Program-made: the position numbers and the translations under genes
Shown here: one piece after another, positions 1 to 13,000 of the stretch
Layout: each line of letters starts with the position of its first letter
Position numbering within the stretch: position 1 is the stretch's first letter
Notes under the pieces: model-generated
Told to the model about the DNA's origin: nothing
Database searches by the model: none
What the model saw: the letters and a program-made list of their open reading frames with translations, nothing else
From: Phaeosaccion multiseriatum
Lineage: Eukaryota > Protista > Ochrophyta, other classes
Direction: 5' to 3'
Assembly (NCBI GenBank): GCA_965112735.1
Contig: OZ218962.1
Span: 2,976,001-3,040,000 of the forward strand
DNA: 64,000 nt

Positions 1-3000
1 TTGGCTGCGATTCGGCTGAGACCCTCCCCTGCAGACACAATATGGTACTTGTGTTCACGCTTCTTGCGAGAGTCCACCCACCTCCAGTATCTGCAGAGGA
101 TGGCAGTGGATGGGGGTGAGGGGTGAGGGGTGAGGAGGTGGGGGTGTATACGCCGCATGCCTCCCTACCCGTATGCCTCTCCACTGCGCCGCTCGTCTCC
201 TCTGAGTATCCCGTTCTCTCTCTCTCCCTCTGTCCGGCCTCACCTTAGGGTGCCATCGCTGGAGGCCGAGAGGATCTTCTTGGTGTCGAAGGCCTGCTGC
301 AGCACGGCGTCGGAGTGTCCTCTGAGGCTCATCATGAGCTCTCCCGAGCTGATGTCCGTCACCGCAACGACACTGTCCGCCCCGGCAGACACAATCTTCA
401 TGGCGTCTGTCTGCACCTGCCACACTCGGCCCTGTTGGTGTGTTGTGTTGTGTGTGTTGTGTACGCAGTATATCAGCAAGCGCAAGCAAAGGGAGGTATT
501 GATAAGAAAAGAAAGCAAAGCTTCACAGGGGGAGCGACGAGCACCAGCCGCAGCGGTTGGTGGTACAGCAGTGCAGTGTTCTCTCATCTGCCTTCTTCCT
601 TCCTTCCCTCAGGACTGGCCAAGGTGGAGTGAGCACAGCCCTCCCCTCCTCTCCCTCACTCCTCCCTTCCCCGGGCCTCAGCTGAAAAAATTCCCCTTCT
701 CTGTCGCGTCGCCAAACCAACCCCCCTGCCCTCTCTCCCCTCCCCTCCCTTCCTCCCTCCCTCTCTCCCTCTCTCCCTCTCTCCCTCTCTCCCTCTCTCC
801 CTCCCTCCCTTCCTTACTCCCTCCCTCCCTCCCTCCCTCCCTTCCTCCCTCCCTCTCTCCCTCCCTCCCTCTCTCCCTCCCTCCTTCCCTCCCTCCCTCC
901 CTCCCTCCCTCCCTTCCTTCCTTCCTTCCTTCCTTCCTCCCTCCCTCCCTCCCTCCCTTCCTCCCTCCCTCTCTCCCTCCCTCCCTCCCTCCCTCTCTCC
1001 CTCATTGACTCACCTCATGAACTTTAACCTCCAGCATGACCATCCCTGTCTCTGTCCACCACACCTTAATACTCCCATCAACGTGCCCGCTCACCACCTC
1101 GAGCTCGCCGTACGTCAGGGCAGTGACACCCTGCGGTGTGACAGTTACACCCTGCGGTGTGACACCCTGCGGTGTGACAGTTACACCCTGCCGGTACGAC
1201 TCGAGGCGGGTCTTGGCATAGAGCTTGTGCACGTCGCGCTCGTCTCTATGGGGGGGTCAGAGGGGGTCAGAGGGTAGAGGAGGTGAACGGGATAGAGGGG
1301 CGTCAGTGTGGAGAGTAGAGGGTGTCGGTGTGGGGACTAGAGGGTATCGATGTAGAGAGTAGAGAGTATCGACATAGAGAGTAGAGGGTGTCGATGTAGG
1401 GAATAGAGGGTATCGATGTAGAGAGTAGAGAGTAGAGAATATCGATGCAGAGAGTATGGATGTCGAGAGGAGAGGGTATCGACATAGAAAGTAGACGGTG
1501 TCGACATAGCGTCAGAGGGGGACATGAAGGAGAGAGGGAGAGAACGAGGTGTTTCTACAGGCATAACCGGTTACTGTAATGGGCAGGCAGGCACTCACTT
1601 CCCCTTGGGCGTCTTCCAGATGAGTATGTCTCCATCGGCACAGCCACTCAGCAACCCCCATGTGCCGCACTGCAGTGCCATGACACTCTTGGTGTGGCCG
1701 TGTAGGGTGCGCAGCAGCTGGCCTGGAGGGGGAGGGGAGTGGAGGAAAGAGGAGGGGAGATGAGAGGAGAGGAGAGGAGATGAGAGGAGGGGAGAGGAGA
1801 TGAGAGGAGAGGAGAGGAGATGAGAGGAGAGGAGAGGAGAGGAGAGGAGAGGAGAGGAGAGGAGAGGAGAGGAGATAAGAGGAGAGGAGAGGAGAGGAGA
1901 GGAGAGGAGAGGAGAGGAGAGGAGAGGAGAGGAGAGGAGAGGAGAGGAGAGGAGAGGAGAGGAGAGGAGAGGAGAGGAGAGGAGAGGAGAGGAGAGGAGA
2001 GGAGAGGAGAGGAGAGGAGAGGAGAGGAGAGGAGAGGAGAGGAGGTTGAGAGAGGTCGGAGAGGAAGGGGGAAAGGAGAGTGGAGGGGAGGGGGAGACAG
2101 GGGCAGAGGGAAACCACGGCTGAGAGGGTATGCTCACTTCGTGCCCACCCGTATGCTTCCATCCTGTACTCATCTCCCTGTCTTTGCAATCACACCCACC
2201 CACGCACGCACCCACCCATCCACACACCCACGCACGCACCCACCCACGCACGCACGCACCCACCCACGCACCTGATGTCGCGCTCCACAGCTTGATGGTT
2301 TTGTCAGCTGCCCCGGACACGATTTTGGCCTCGTCTGCGTGCACGGCGGTTACCGTAGCCTCATGACCGTGCAGCACCATCACGCGCGTGTGTGTCTCTG
2401 AGTCCCACACCTGTTGGTGATACAGAGAGCGAAGAAGAGAAAAGAGAGGGAGGGAGGGAGGGAGGGAGGGAGGGAGGGAGGGAGGGAGGGAGGGAGGGAG
2501 GGAGGGAGGGAGGGAGGGAGGGAGGGAGGGAGGGAGGGAGGGAGGGAGGGAGGGCGGGGGCGTGAGTAGATGAGTGTAGGCGATGCCTGCCCTGTGCGCT
2601 GTCCATATACCTGCACGGTGGTGTCCATGCTGCCCGAGTATATTCTCTCCTTGTAGAAGAAGAGGGCCGTGATGACTAGAATGTGACCATTGGGAGTGCC
2701 TAAATGCACGCCTTCCTTATCGCCCTGCAGTATGGGGGAGGGAGAGAGGGAGGGAGGGAGGGTGGAGGAGGGGAAGAACGGGAGGGAGACGGAAGCGAGT
2801 TCTGAGCTCTGAGAGCGCATCGATGTCATTATCGACATTACCGGCATGCTATATCCTTAACACCGATTTCATTATCGACATGCTGATTCCTTAACACCGA
2901 TTTCATTATCGACATGCTATATCCTTAACACCGATTTCATTATCGACATGCTGATTCCTTAACACCTACCTGGAAGACGAAGGCAAGCTTGCCGGAGCTG

Positions 3001-4103
3001 AGGTTGTACAGAGAGATTTGCTTTCCGTCCGCCGCCACCACCGACTCCACCCCGCCCGTCGCTGTGCCCTCCACCTTGGGAGGAGGGTGAGGAGGAGGGA
3101 GAGGAGGGAGAGGAGGAGGGAGAGGAGGAGGGCGAGGAGGAGGGCGAGGAGGAGGGCGAGGAGGAGGGAGAGGAGGAGGGAGAGGAGGAGGGGGAGAAGA
3201 GAGATTAGGACGGCCATTATCCTTCCACGACCGCCATCACCAGTTGGTGATACACCACCACCAAAGGAGTCACAGCAGCCGCAGCAGCAGCAGTACGAGT
3301 TACGAGCAGCAGTAGCAGTTGGTGATACAGCAGCAGTCGCAGAGTTAGACAAGATCAGATCAAATCAGATCAGATCAGATGAAGATAAGGATGCGTCCTT
3401 ACCTCGTTGCCCGCCGTGTTGCTTTGGTTGAGAGCGACAAGCCTAAACTTGCTCTTGCCCGTTAGAGACTTCATCAGGGCGCCCTCCTCGATGGCGATGT
3501 CCTGGGGATGGCAGCGGGTGGATGGCAGGGAATGGATGGCAGTGGATGGATGGCAGGGGATGGACGGGAGAGGATGGATGGCAGTGGATGGCAGGGGATG
3601 GATGGCAGGGGATGGATGGCAGGGAATGTATGTCAATGGATGTCAGGACAAGCCAGGCATTTGGGGCTATCTTGTATCCCCTCATGTTACCCTACATAAG
3701 GGGTGCCCCTCTCATACCTCTATGATGCCGAGGAGGTCGTCAGCGGCGTTGTTGATCTTGTTCTGCACTGCGCTCTCCTTCTCACGAGCCTCCTTCAGCA
3801 GGGCCACCACGTCATCCAGCTTGTCCTGAGGGGAGGGGAGGGGGGCGGGAGGGGAGGGGAGGGGAGGGGAGGGGAGGGGAAAGGAGGGGAGGGAGAGAAG
3901 AAGAGGGGAGGGGAGGGGAGAGGAGAGGAGAGGAGAGGAGAGGAGAGGAGGGGACGGGGAGGGGAGGGGAGGGGGCGGAGGGGAGGAGGAGATTTGAGTA
4001 TTTTGCTTTGTAATGCAAGAGCGCCACGCCTTCCTTCGTTTTTAGTATTTTTCTTTCCCTCCCCCACTCACACACACCCGTCCACACTCACGTCCACACC
4101 CAT

Positions 4104-4183
<80 letters not shown>

Positions 4184-7100
4184 ACAGCCACCACCCTCCC
4201 AACCACCACGCACGCCTCTGTATTCACATGCGCTGTTACATACGCCCTTACATAACCCTCACGTACCTGCAGGCGTATCTTGAACTCTTCAATCTCGAAC
4301 ACGACTTCCACTCCCTCGTGGATAAGTTTCGAGCTCATAAAGTCGAGGTCCGAGCCCTTGGCTTTCTCGAGCTCGGCCTCGATTTTCGACTTGACCGACT
4401 CGATCTTGTACACCTCCTGCAAGTAGAGGAGGTCGAATTTGGACCGTAGGAAGAAGTCGGCATTGGAACACTGGCCACAACGAAAATCGAAAAGCACGAG
4501 GTCGATGTAGAGGACATCGATATAGAGGACATCGATATAGAGGACATCGATATAGAGGACATCGATATAGAGGACATCGATTGTCGACATGGAGGTTGAC
4601 TTTGACGGACCTTGGACGCGGCGATGAGGTCATCCTTGCACGCATCCTTGTCACGCCGCCGCTTCTTTAGTAGCCTGAGGGGAGGTAGTAAGTCAATAGG
4701 GAGGCGCATGGGTGTGTGCGCGTGCGCGTGTGCTCATGTGTTTGGATTTGGATTTGGATGTGCGTGTGTGTGTGAGCTCGTGCGTGTGTATGTGTGTGTG
4801 TGTGTGTGTGAGAGAGAGAGCTGGTATGTGTGTGTACGTGTGCGCGTGCGTACACCGTGTCCCTCCCTCCCTCCGTCCGTCCCTCCCCTCCCTCCCCTCC
4901 CTCCCCTCCCTCCCCTCCCTCCCCTCCCTCCCTCCCTCCCTCCCTCCCTCTCCTCCACTTACTTCCTCATGCGCACGCACTCCACCGTGACTCTCTCCAG
5001 CGTGACCATCTTGCTCTGCTCTGCCGCCGTGTTGACGAGCCTCCCTCTGCACTCTGTGAGCAGCTTGCCGGCCTGGCTCAGCTTCTCTGCGAACTCGAAT
5101 TCGACAGATCTCGCCAATTGTGAGTAGAAGTCACGGTAGTCGTCCTGGACAGAGAGGGATGGATGGAGGGAGGGAGGGAGGGAGGGAGGGAGGGAGGGAG
5201 GGAGGGAGGGAGGGAGGGAGGGAGGGAGGGAGGGAGGGAGGGAGGGAGGGAGGGAGGGAGGGAGGGAGGGAGGGAGGGAGGGAGGGAGGGAGGGAGGGAG
5301 GGAGGGAGGGAGGGAGGGAGGGAGAGGGTTGACGTTCAAAAGCGTAGAGTCTTGTGAGGACATGATTGAAATCACTGCTGGCAGCAGATGGCAGCAGATG
5401 GCAGCAAGCCCACCTGCAGCAAATGCTCGTAGCACTGACTAAGCCGCCTGTACAGCCGTGCGTCGATGCGTCTGTCCTGCACTTTTTGGTTCACAGTGAG
5501 GGCCTTCTTTAGGTAGTCCACGGACAGCTCGAAGCGGGAGGTGTACACATAGCCCTCCGCCAGGCCTAAGGGGAGGGGGGCACCAGCGGATGACAGAAGA
5601 TAAGAAAAGATAAGAAAAGATGAGGGAAAGATAAGGAATAGATAAGGTAGGGTGAGGTAAATAAAGGCTGCTGACCTATGAGGGCTTGAAGCCTGCCCGG
5701 CAGGTGCTTTGCGTTGTCGGACAGCTCCAGGGCCCTGTCGAACGTGACCAGCCCGTAGTCAGGCTGGAAGGGTCCAGTACCGCCAAGTTAGCGGCGTATG
5801 GGATAGAGAGGTAGGGTAGAGGTGTATGGGATAGAGAGGTAGGGTAGAGGTGTATGGGACAGAGAGGTAGGGTAGAGGTGTATGGGAAAGAGAGGTAGGG
5901 TAGAGGTGTATGGGATAGAGAGGTAGGGTAGAGGTGTATGGGATAGGGAGGCAGGGTAGAGGCACATGGGATAGAGATGCAGGGTAGAGGTGTATGGGAT
6001 AGAGAGGCAGGGTAGAGGCACATGGGATAGAGAGGTAGGGTAGAGGTGTATGGGACAGAGAGGTAGGGTAGAGGTGTATGGGACAGAGAGGTAGGGTAGA
6101 GGTGTATGGGATAGAGAGTAGGGTAGAGGTGTATGGGATAGGGAGGCAGGGTAGAGGTGTATGGGACAGAGAGGCAGGGTAGAGGTGTATGGGATAGAGA
6201 GGCAGGGTAGAGGCACATGGGATAGAGAGGTAGGGTAGAGGTGTATGGGACAGAGAGGTAGGGTAGAGGTGTATGGGACAGAGAGGTAGGGTAGAGGTGT
6301 ATGGGATAGAGAGGTAGGGTAGAGGTACATGGGATAGAGAGGTAGGATAGAGGTGTATGGGACAGAGAGGTAGGGTAGAGGTGTATGGGATAGAGAGGTA
6401 GGGTAGAGGTGTATGGGATAGAGAGGTAGGGTTAAGGTGTATGGGATAGGGAGGCAGGGTAGAGGCACATGGGATAGAGAGGTAGGGTAGAGGTGTATGG
6501 GACAGAGAGGTAGGGTAGAGGCGCATGGGCGTGGAGGGGTTGAGAAGACCGTAGTCTGGCTGCTGGGTGGAAGTATTGTGCAGGCATACGGGGATAAGTG
6601 GAAGGCATACGGAGCTGAGGCCGCTGCCTGCTCGTACGTGCAGGTGGGCTGCAGCTGGGGCTGGAGCTCAAGAATTGAAGCTCAAACTGGCCCTCAAACT
6701 ATCCAATCTACGCCAGATCTCAGATTGGATTCATGACCCTGCCCTCGTCTCCCCTACCTTCCCCTGCCCTCCACCCCTCTCCAAATGTGTAGGCTCTGTC
6801 CAAACCTCCCCCCCTGCTTCTAAATCCCCTCCCCATATGCCTCTAAATCCCCTCCCCTCCCCACATGCCTCTAAATCCCCTCGCCATATGCCTCTAAATC
6901 CCCTCCCCTCCCCTCCCCATATGCCTCCAAATGCCCTCCCCTCCCCACATGCCTCCAAATAGCCTCCCCTCCCCTCTCTCCGTATGCCTCTAAATCCCCT
7001 CCCCTCCCCACATGCCTCTAAATCCCCTCCCCTCCCCATATGCCTGCAAATGCCCTCCCCCTTTCCATATGCCTCTAAATCCTCCCCTCTCCTCTCTCCA

Positions 7101-9936
7101 TATGCCTCTAAATCCTCTCCCCTCCCCACATGCCTCTAAATCCCCTCCCCTCCCCATATGCCTGCAAATGCCCTCCCCCTTTCCATATGCCTCTAAATCC
7201 CCTCCCCTCCCTCCTCACCTGCAAGTTCTTGAGAAAGGCCTGTCCGAGCCTCCCATACACCACGCCAAGCTGAAGGTCTCTTCGATGGAGCGTGAGGCGA
7301 TCATCAGCAGCCACGCGTTTGATTTGGTCTTGGTACGCCTTGATGGCTTCCTCGTAACGGCCGTTCTGTATGAAACCGTCACCGTGGGCCATGAGGGGCA
7401 GAGAGGCCAGCCCGCTTACCACCTTGGGAGGAGAGGGGAGGAGAGGGGAGGGAAGGAGGGAGGGAGGGAGGGAGGGAGGGAGGGAGGGAGGGAGGGAGGG
7501 AGGGAGGGAGGGAGGGAGGGAGGGAGGGAGGGACGGAGGGAGGGAGGGAGGGAGGGAGGGAGGGAGGGAGGGAGGGAGGGAGGGAGGGAGGGAGGGAGGG
7601 AGGGAGGGAGGGAGGGAGGGAGGGAGGGAGGGAGGGAGGGAGGGAGGGAGGGAGGGAGGGAGGGAGGGAGGGAGGGAGGGACGGACGGACGGACGGAGGG
7701 AGAGAGAGAGGGACGCAGTGGACAAGGACAGGCAGACGCAGACGAGGCAGGTGAGGCAGGCAGGTCCACACCAGGGATGGAAGACGTCAGTTCGCCAATC
7801 GGTCAGTCAGTCATCCTCTCGCTCGCTTGTGTGGGGCAATTGCTCTTCTCCTTCTGCTTTCATTGCCCCCATTTGTCTATCATTACTTGAAGGGTGTGAT
7901 CCTCTTCTTCCCCTCCTTTGTCCTGACACCCACCCCTCTGTCCTGACACCCAGCCATCCGCCCTCATCCTCTGTCCTCACACTTACCCCCACATTCTTCC
8001 TGTTCTGACACGTCTTACCGCTCTGTTCTACCACTCCCCATTCCACTCACCCCCTTCCTGTCCTGACACCCATTACCCCTCTGTTCTACCACTCCCCATT
8101 CCACTCACCCCCTTCCTGTCCTGACACCCATTACCACCACTGCCCATTCCACTCACCCTCGTCTCCACCCCATGACCCTCCTCCACCTCCAGCCCTCCGA
8201 GCTCTGTCTCTCTGAACACATCGCTGCTCTCCAGATGGCGACGCTGCTTGTTGGAGAACTTGGCAAGTTCGAACTGGCGGTGTATCCCCACTGAGTCAGA
8301 GAGCAGACATTCAACCTTGGGGAGGGGAGGGGGACACAGTCGAGGATGGAGAGGGTAAGTGGATGAAGGGAAATGTAAATTGAGTTAGTTCTTGAACAGT
8401 CACTCAGTCGATCAGTCCATCAGTGAGTCAGTCAGTAAGTCAGTCAGTCACTCAATCAGTTGGTCATTCAATGTCAGTCAGTCAGTCAGTCAGTCGTCCG
8501 TCCGTCCGTCCGTCCGTCAACCACTCCGCCAGTCAGCCAGTCACTCCCTCTCCTTCCTTCCTCCCTTACTCACTCCCTCCCTTCCTCCCTCCCTCCCTCC
8601 CTCCCTCCTTCCCTCCCCCCCTCCCTCCCTCCCCCCCTCCCTCCCTCTTCCCCTCCCTCACCTCACTCTCTAGGTTCTCTCTCTCTTCCTCTGCCCGGGC
8701 AAGGAGGCGTCCCCCTGAGCCCCGAATTATGTATCTCTCCTCCCCCGTGGACTAAAGAGGGGGGATGGCAGTGGATGGGGAGAGGCGGATGGCAGTGGAC
8801 AAAGAGGGGAGAGCAATGTTATTACATAAGTTGGGCTTAAGATTGCGGATGTTGGGCCACAAACATACATACATACTTATTGACAGGCATACAGGCAGGA
8901 CACCTGACACCTGACACCCATTATTATCACTGACCGGAAAAGCGTGCTTGCCAGTGCTCCACTTGACAAAGGCCGCGACCAACAAGCGAGTGCTGAGGCG
9001 TGTGAGTGCTCGGGAGATGACAGTCCTTCCTCGCTGACGCTCCAGGCAGTAGTCCAGCACAAGCTTGGGGGTGGAGGGAGGGAGGGAGGGAGGGAGGGAG
9101 GGAGGGAGGGAGGGAGGGAGGGAGGGAGGGAGGGAGGGAGGGAGGGAGGGAGGGAGGGAGGGAGGAAGGGAGGGAGGGAGGGAGGGAGGGAGGGAGGTGT
9201 ATTAGGAACAGTCATGTTCGCTGCAGCAGCAGAAGCATCCTCAGGAAGGAGCATAAAGCCTACACGCCACAGAAGCAGCCAACCACCCGAATTATTCCTT
9301 CCTTCCTTCCTTCCTTCCTCCCTCCCTCTTCCCTCCCTGACTCACCCGGAAGTACTTGCTGCGTAGGTCTGTGTCGGTCGCCTGCCGCACCTTGACCTTC
9401 TGCTGCATCTTCAGCGCCCGTTCCACGTTAGTGTTGAACAGCGCAAACGCTGCTCGCCGCTCGTTCAGTTCCGCATGGCGCTTCTCCTGTGTGTGTGTGT
9501 GCGTGGGTGTGTGTGGGTGTGGGTGTGTGTGGGTGTGGGTGTGTGTGGGTGGGTACGTGTGTGTGTGTGCGAAGTGTTAACTGAAGCTGCCAACTGCTCC
9601 CCCTCTCCTTACCCCCTTACTAACCCACTTCTTCACCTAACTAAACCCGTCCTAACCCCCTCTCCTACCCCCCTTTGAAAGCCATTTCTTCCCCTAACAA
9701 AAAACTCGTACTGCCCTCCCTTCCCACCTTGCGTACGAGCATGGTTGCTGCCAGCTTGTTGCTCTCCATGTTGGCGGCCTTATCACAAGCAATGCTCTTG
9801 CGGCACCGCTCCAGCTCCTCCTGCAGTTTCTTGCGGAGTACAGGCACCGGGAAGCGCTGGAGGGGGGGGGGGGGGGGGCTAAGTGTTGAAAGCAGTCATT
9901 CCGTTGATTGGTGGACGCGACACGTACATGCGTATA

Positions 9937-10003
<67 letters not shown>

Positions 10004-13000
10004 GATCCGAGCCGTGCATGACGCTGCTGTTGACCTCCCCGCTGCTCTTGAGTGTCAGCACTCTGTCGAGCTCTGCGGCCACGTCAAGTACACGGTGTTG
10101 GGTTTGGCCAAGGCGGCGACCCAAGTCTGCACGGTGGGCAATGGCCTCTACGCGGCGCCGGTCACAGTCCACGATCTGCAGGGGTTGGTGGTACACACGC
10201 GTGATTACATACACAGAATGATTGATGCATGCAGAGTGATGCCACGTAAGTGATGCGTGCGTACATAATCTTACGTACGGGCAGAGTCATTAGTGACTGG
10301 TGCGTCATTAATGGTTGGTGTTGTGGGTGGATTGGTGGTATGCCAATGCCTAGTGCTGCCATCGGCCGACTCACAGACACAATCCCACCCCTGGTGCCTG
10401 CACCACCAACCCGCCCACCTGCTCTTGCAGGCGTTTCACCCGATACTCGTACTGCGCCTTCCTGAGCTCGTAGCCGGGATAGATGGCCTCGATCATCAGC
10501 CTCTCTTCCTCCTTCGCCACACGCCGCGCCTCCTCCTCTGCGGCCTTCTTGCGATTGAGCGCTTGGAGAGAAGCCTCCACGGCACGCAAACCAAGGAGGT
10601 CATCCTCCCCCAGGGCTGGGTAGTAAGTCAATGGGTGGGTAGTAAGTCAATGGGTGGGTAGTAAGTCAATGGATGGGACGTAAGTGAATGGGTGGGTGGG
10701 TAGGTGGGTGCGTAGGTGGGTGGGTGGGTGGGTGAGTAGGTGGGGGTAAAGGGGATGTTGAGTATACAGGTGTACGGGGAGTGCACGGTAGTGTAGGAGC
10801 TGGGGTGCTTCCTACGCCAGAGTCATGTGACAGGTTCCCGCCCCAACCCAACAAACATCGACTTTCAGTCTGTTGATTTACGGCCCATTGACATACAACA
10901 ATCCATTGACATACAATCAATTGACACACAATCCATTGACTTACATTCCAGGTCAGCGCCAGCATCAGGGCCCATCCCACTCTTCATGGCCTCAATCTCC
11001 TCCTTCTCTCTTTGGACTAAAGCGTCCAGCTGCAGGCAGGGGGGGGCATTGAGGAAGAGAGGGGGGAAGGGAGGGAGGGAGGAAGGAAGGAAGGGAGGGA
11101 GGGAGGGAGGGAGGGAGGGAGGGAGGAAGGAAGGGAGGGAGGGAGGGAGGGAGGGAGGGAGGGAGGAAGGAAGGGAGGGAGGGAGGGGAGGGAGGTAGGG
11201 GAGGAAGGGAGGGAGGGAGGGAGGGGAGGGAGGGAGGGAGGGAGGGAGGGAGGGAGGGAGGGAGGGAGGGAGGGAGGGAGGGAGGGAGGGAGGGAGGGAG
11301 GGAGGGAGGGAGGGAGGGAGGGAGGGAGGGAGGGAGGGAGGGAGGGAGGGAGGGAGGGAGGGAGGGAGGGAGGGAGGGAGGGAGGGAGGGAGGGAGGGAG
11401 GGAGGGAGGGAGGGAGGGAGGGAGGGAGGGAGGGAGGAAGGAAGGAAGGAAGGAAGGAAGGAAGGAAGGAAGGAAGGAAGGAAGGAAGGGAGGGAGGGAG
11501 GGAGGGAGGGAGGGAGGGAGGGAGGAAGGGAGGAAGGAAGGAAGGAAGGAAGGAAGGAAGGAAGGAAGGAAGGAAGGAAGGAAGGAAGGAAGGAAGGAAG
11601 GAAGGAAGGAAGGAAGGAAGGAAGGAAGGAAGGAAGGAAGGAAGGAAGGAAGGAAGGAAGGAAGGAAGGAAGGAAGGAAGGAAGGAAGGAAGAAGGAAGG
11701 AAGGAAGGAAGGGAGGAGAGAAGGAAGGAAGGAAGAAAAGACGCAAAGGCGTTATGCTGGGGGCTCTCGGCTCAGTAACGTAAGCCCCCTCCCTCCCTCC
11801 CCACTTCCTTCCCACTTCCTGAATTGACGGACCTCCCTCCGAAGCTTGTCCAGGTAGTCGTTCTTGTCCTCCCTCTGCATGAAGCCCTTGAGGAAGTCCG
11901 TGTCCACCCACTGCCCCTTCGTATTCAGTGCACGGGAAATCTCGTCTTCCCGGGGTGGAAGTCGAAGTGGATATCGAGGTGGAAGGTGATGTCGAGTACG
12001 ATGTTCAAGGCGCACATCAACAGAATGCCGATACTCGAGATCAGTGAATGGTGAATGAATGGACTTACGATACGTACAGCACCCCTCCCTCCTTCCCTCC
12101 TTCCCTCCCTCCCTCCCTCTCTCCCTCCTTCCCTCCCTCTCTCCCTCCCCTCCCACCCTCCCTCCCTCCCTCCCTCCCTCCCTCTCTCCCTCCCTCTCTC
12201 CCTACCCCCGTCCCTCCCTCCCTCCCACCCGCCCACCCACCCACCCACCCACCCTCCCTCCCTCCCTCCCTCCCTCCCTCCCTCCCTCCCTCCCTCCCTC
12301 CCTCCCTCCCTCCCTCCCTCCCTCCCTCCCTCCCTCCCTCTGTCTGTATCACTAACTCCCTCACCTTGCAGTAACTGCTTCCTGCTGGCGGCCTTTGTCT
12401 CGAAGTCGTCAATGGGCACGGCCTCGCCCTGCACGTTACCCCACGACACCGCCCTGATGCTCGCGTTGACGTGCTTGGTGCTGCCGATCAGTCCCTTGAG
12501 CACAATGAAGTTGGGTGGGGCTCTGGCCAGCTCGGCTTCTTGCTCCTCCCGTAGTCCTCTCTCGGCCGCCGTCTCCTCCTCCCCTTCCTCCCTACCCTCC
12601 TCCTTCTTCCCCTCCTCCCTCTCCCCCTCCTCCTCGTCCTCCTCTTCAATCGCCCCCCCGGGACTAAGCCCTTTCGGACCAGTCAACCCAGTGAGGCCGG
12701 ACAGGCCGGTCAGGCGACTGCTCCTTCTCCTCTCCTCGGCCTTGTTGCTTGCTCGGCAGACTGTGCTCGCCTCTTCACCAGCGTCCACAGCGGCTGTTGG
12801 AAGAGTATGGGGAGAGATGAGGAGCGGTGGTCAGAGGGAAGAGAAGCAGGAGCAGCTTCAGCAGTTGGTGGTTCGGCAGCAGCAGAGCGGCATTGATGTG
12901 AGGGTGAAGAGCCGTAAGTAGCTCAAAGCATAGGATGGAAAGGAGGGGGGCGGAGAGAGGGAGGAGGAGGGGGGGGAGGGAGGAGGAGGGAGAGAGAGGG

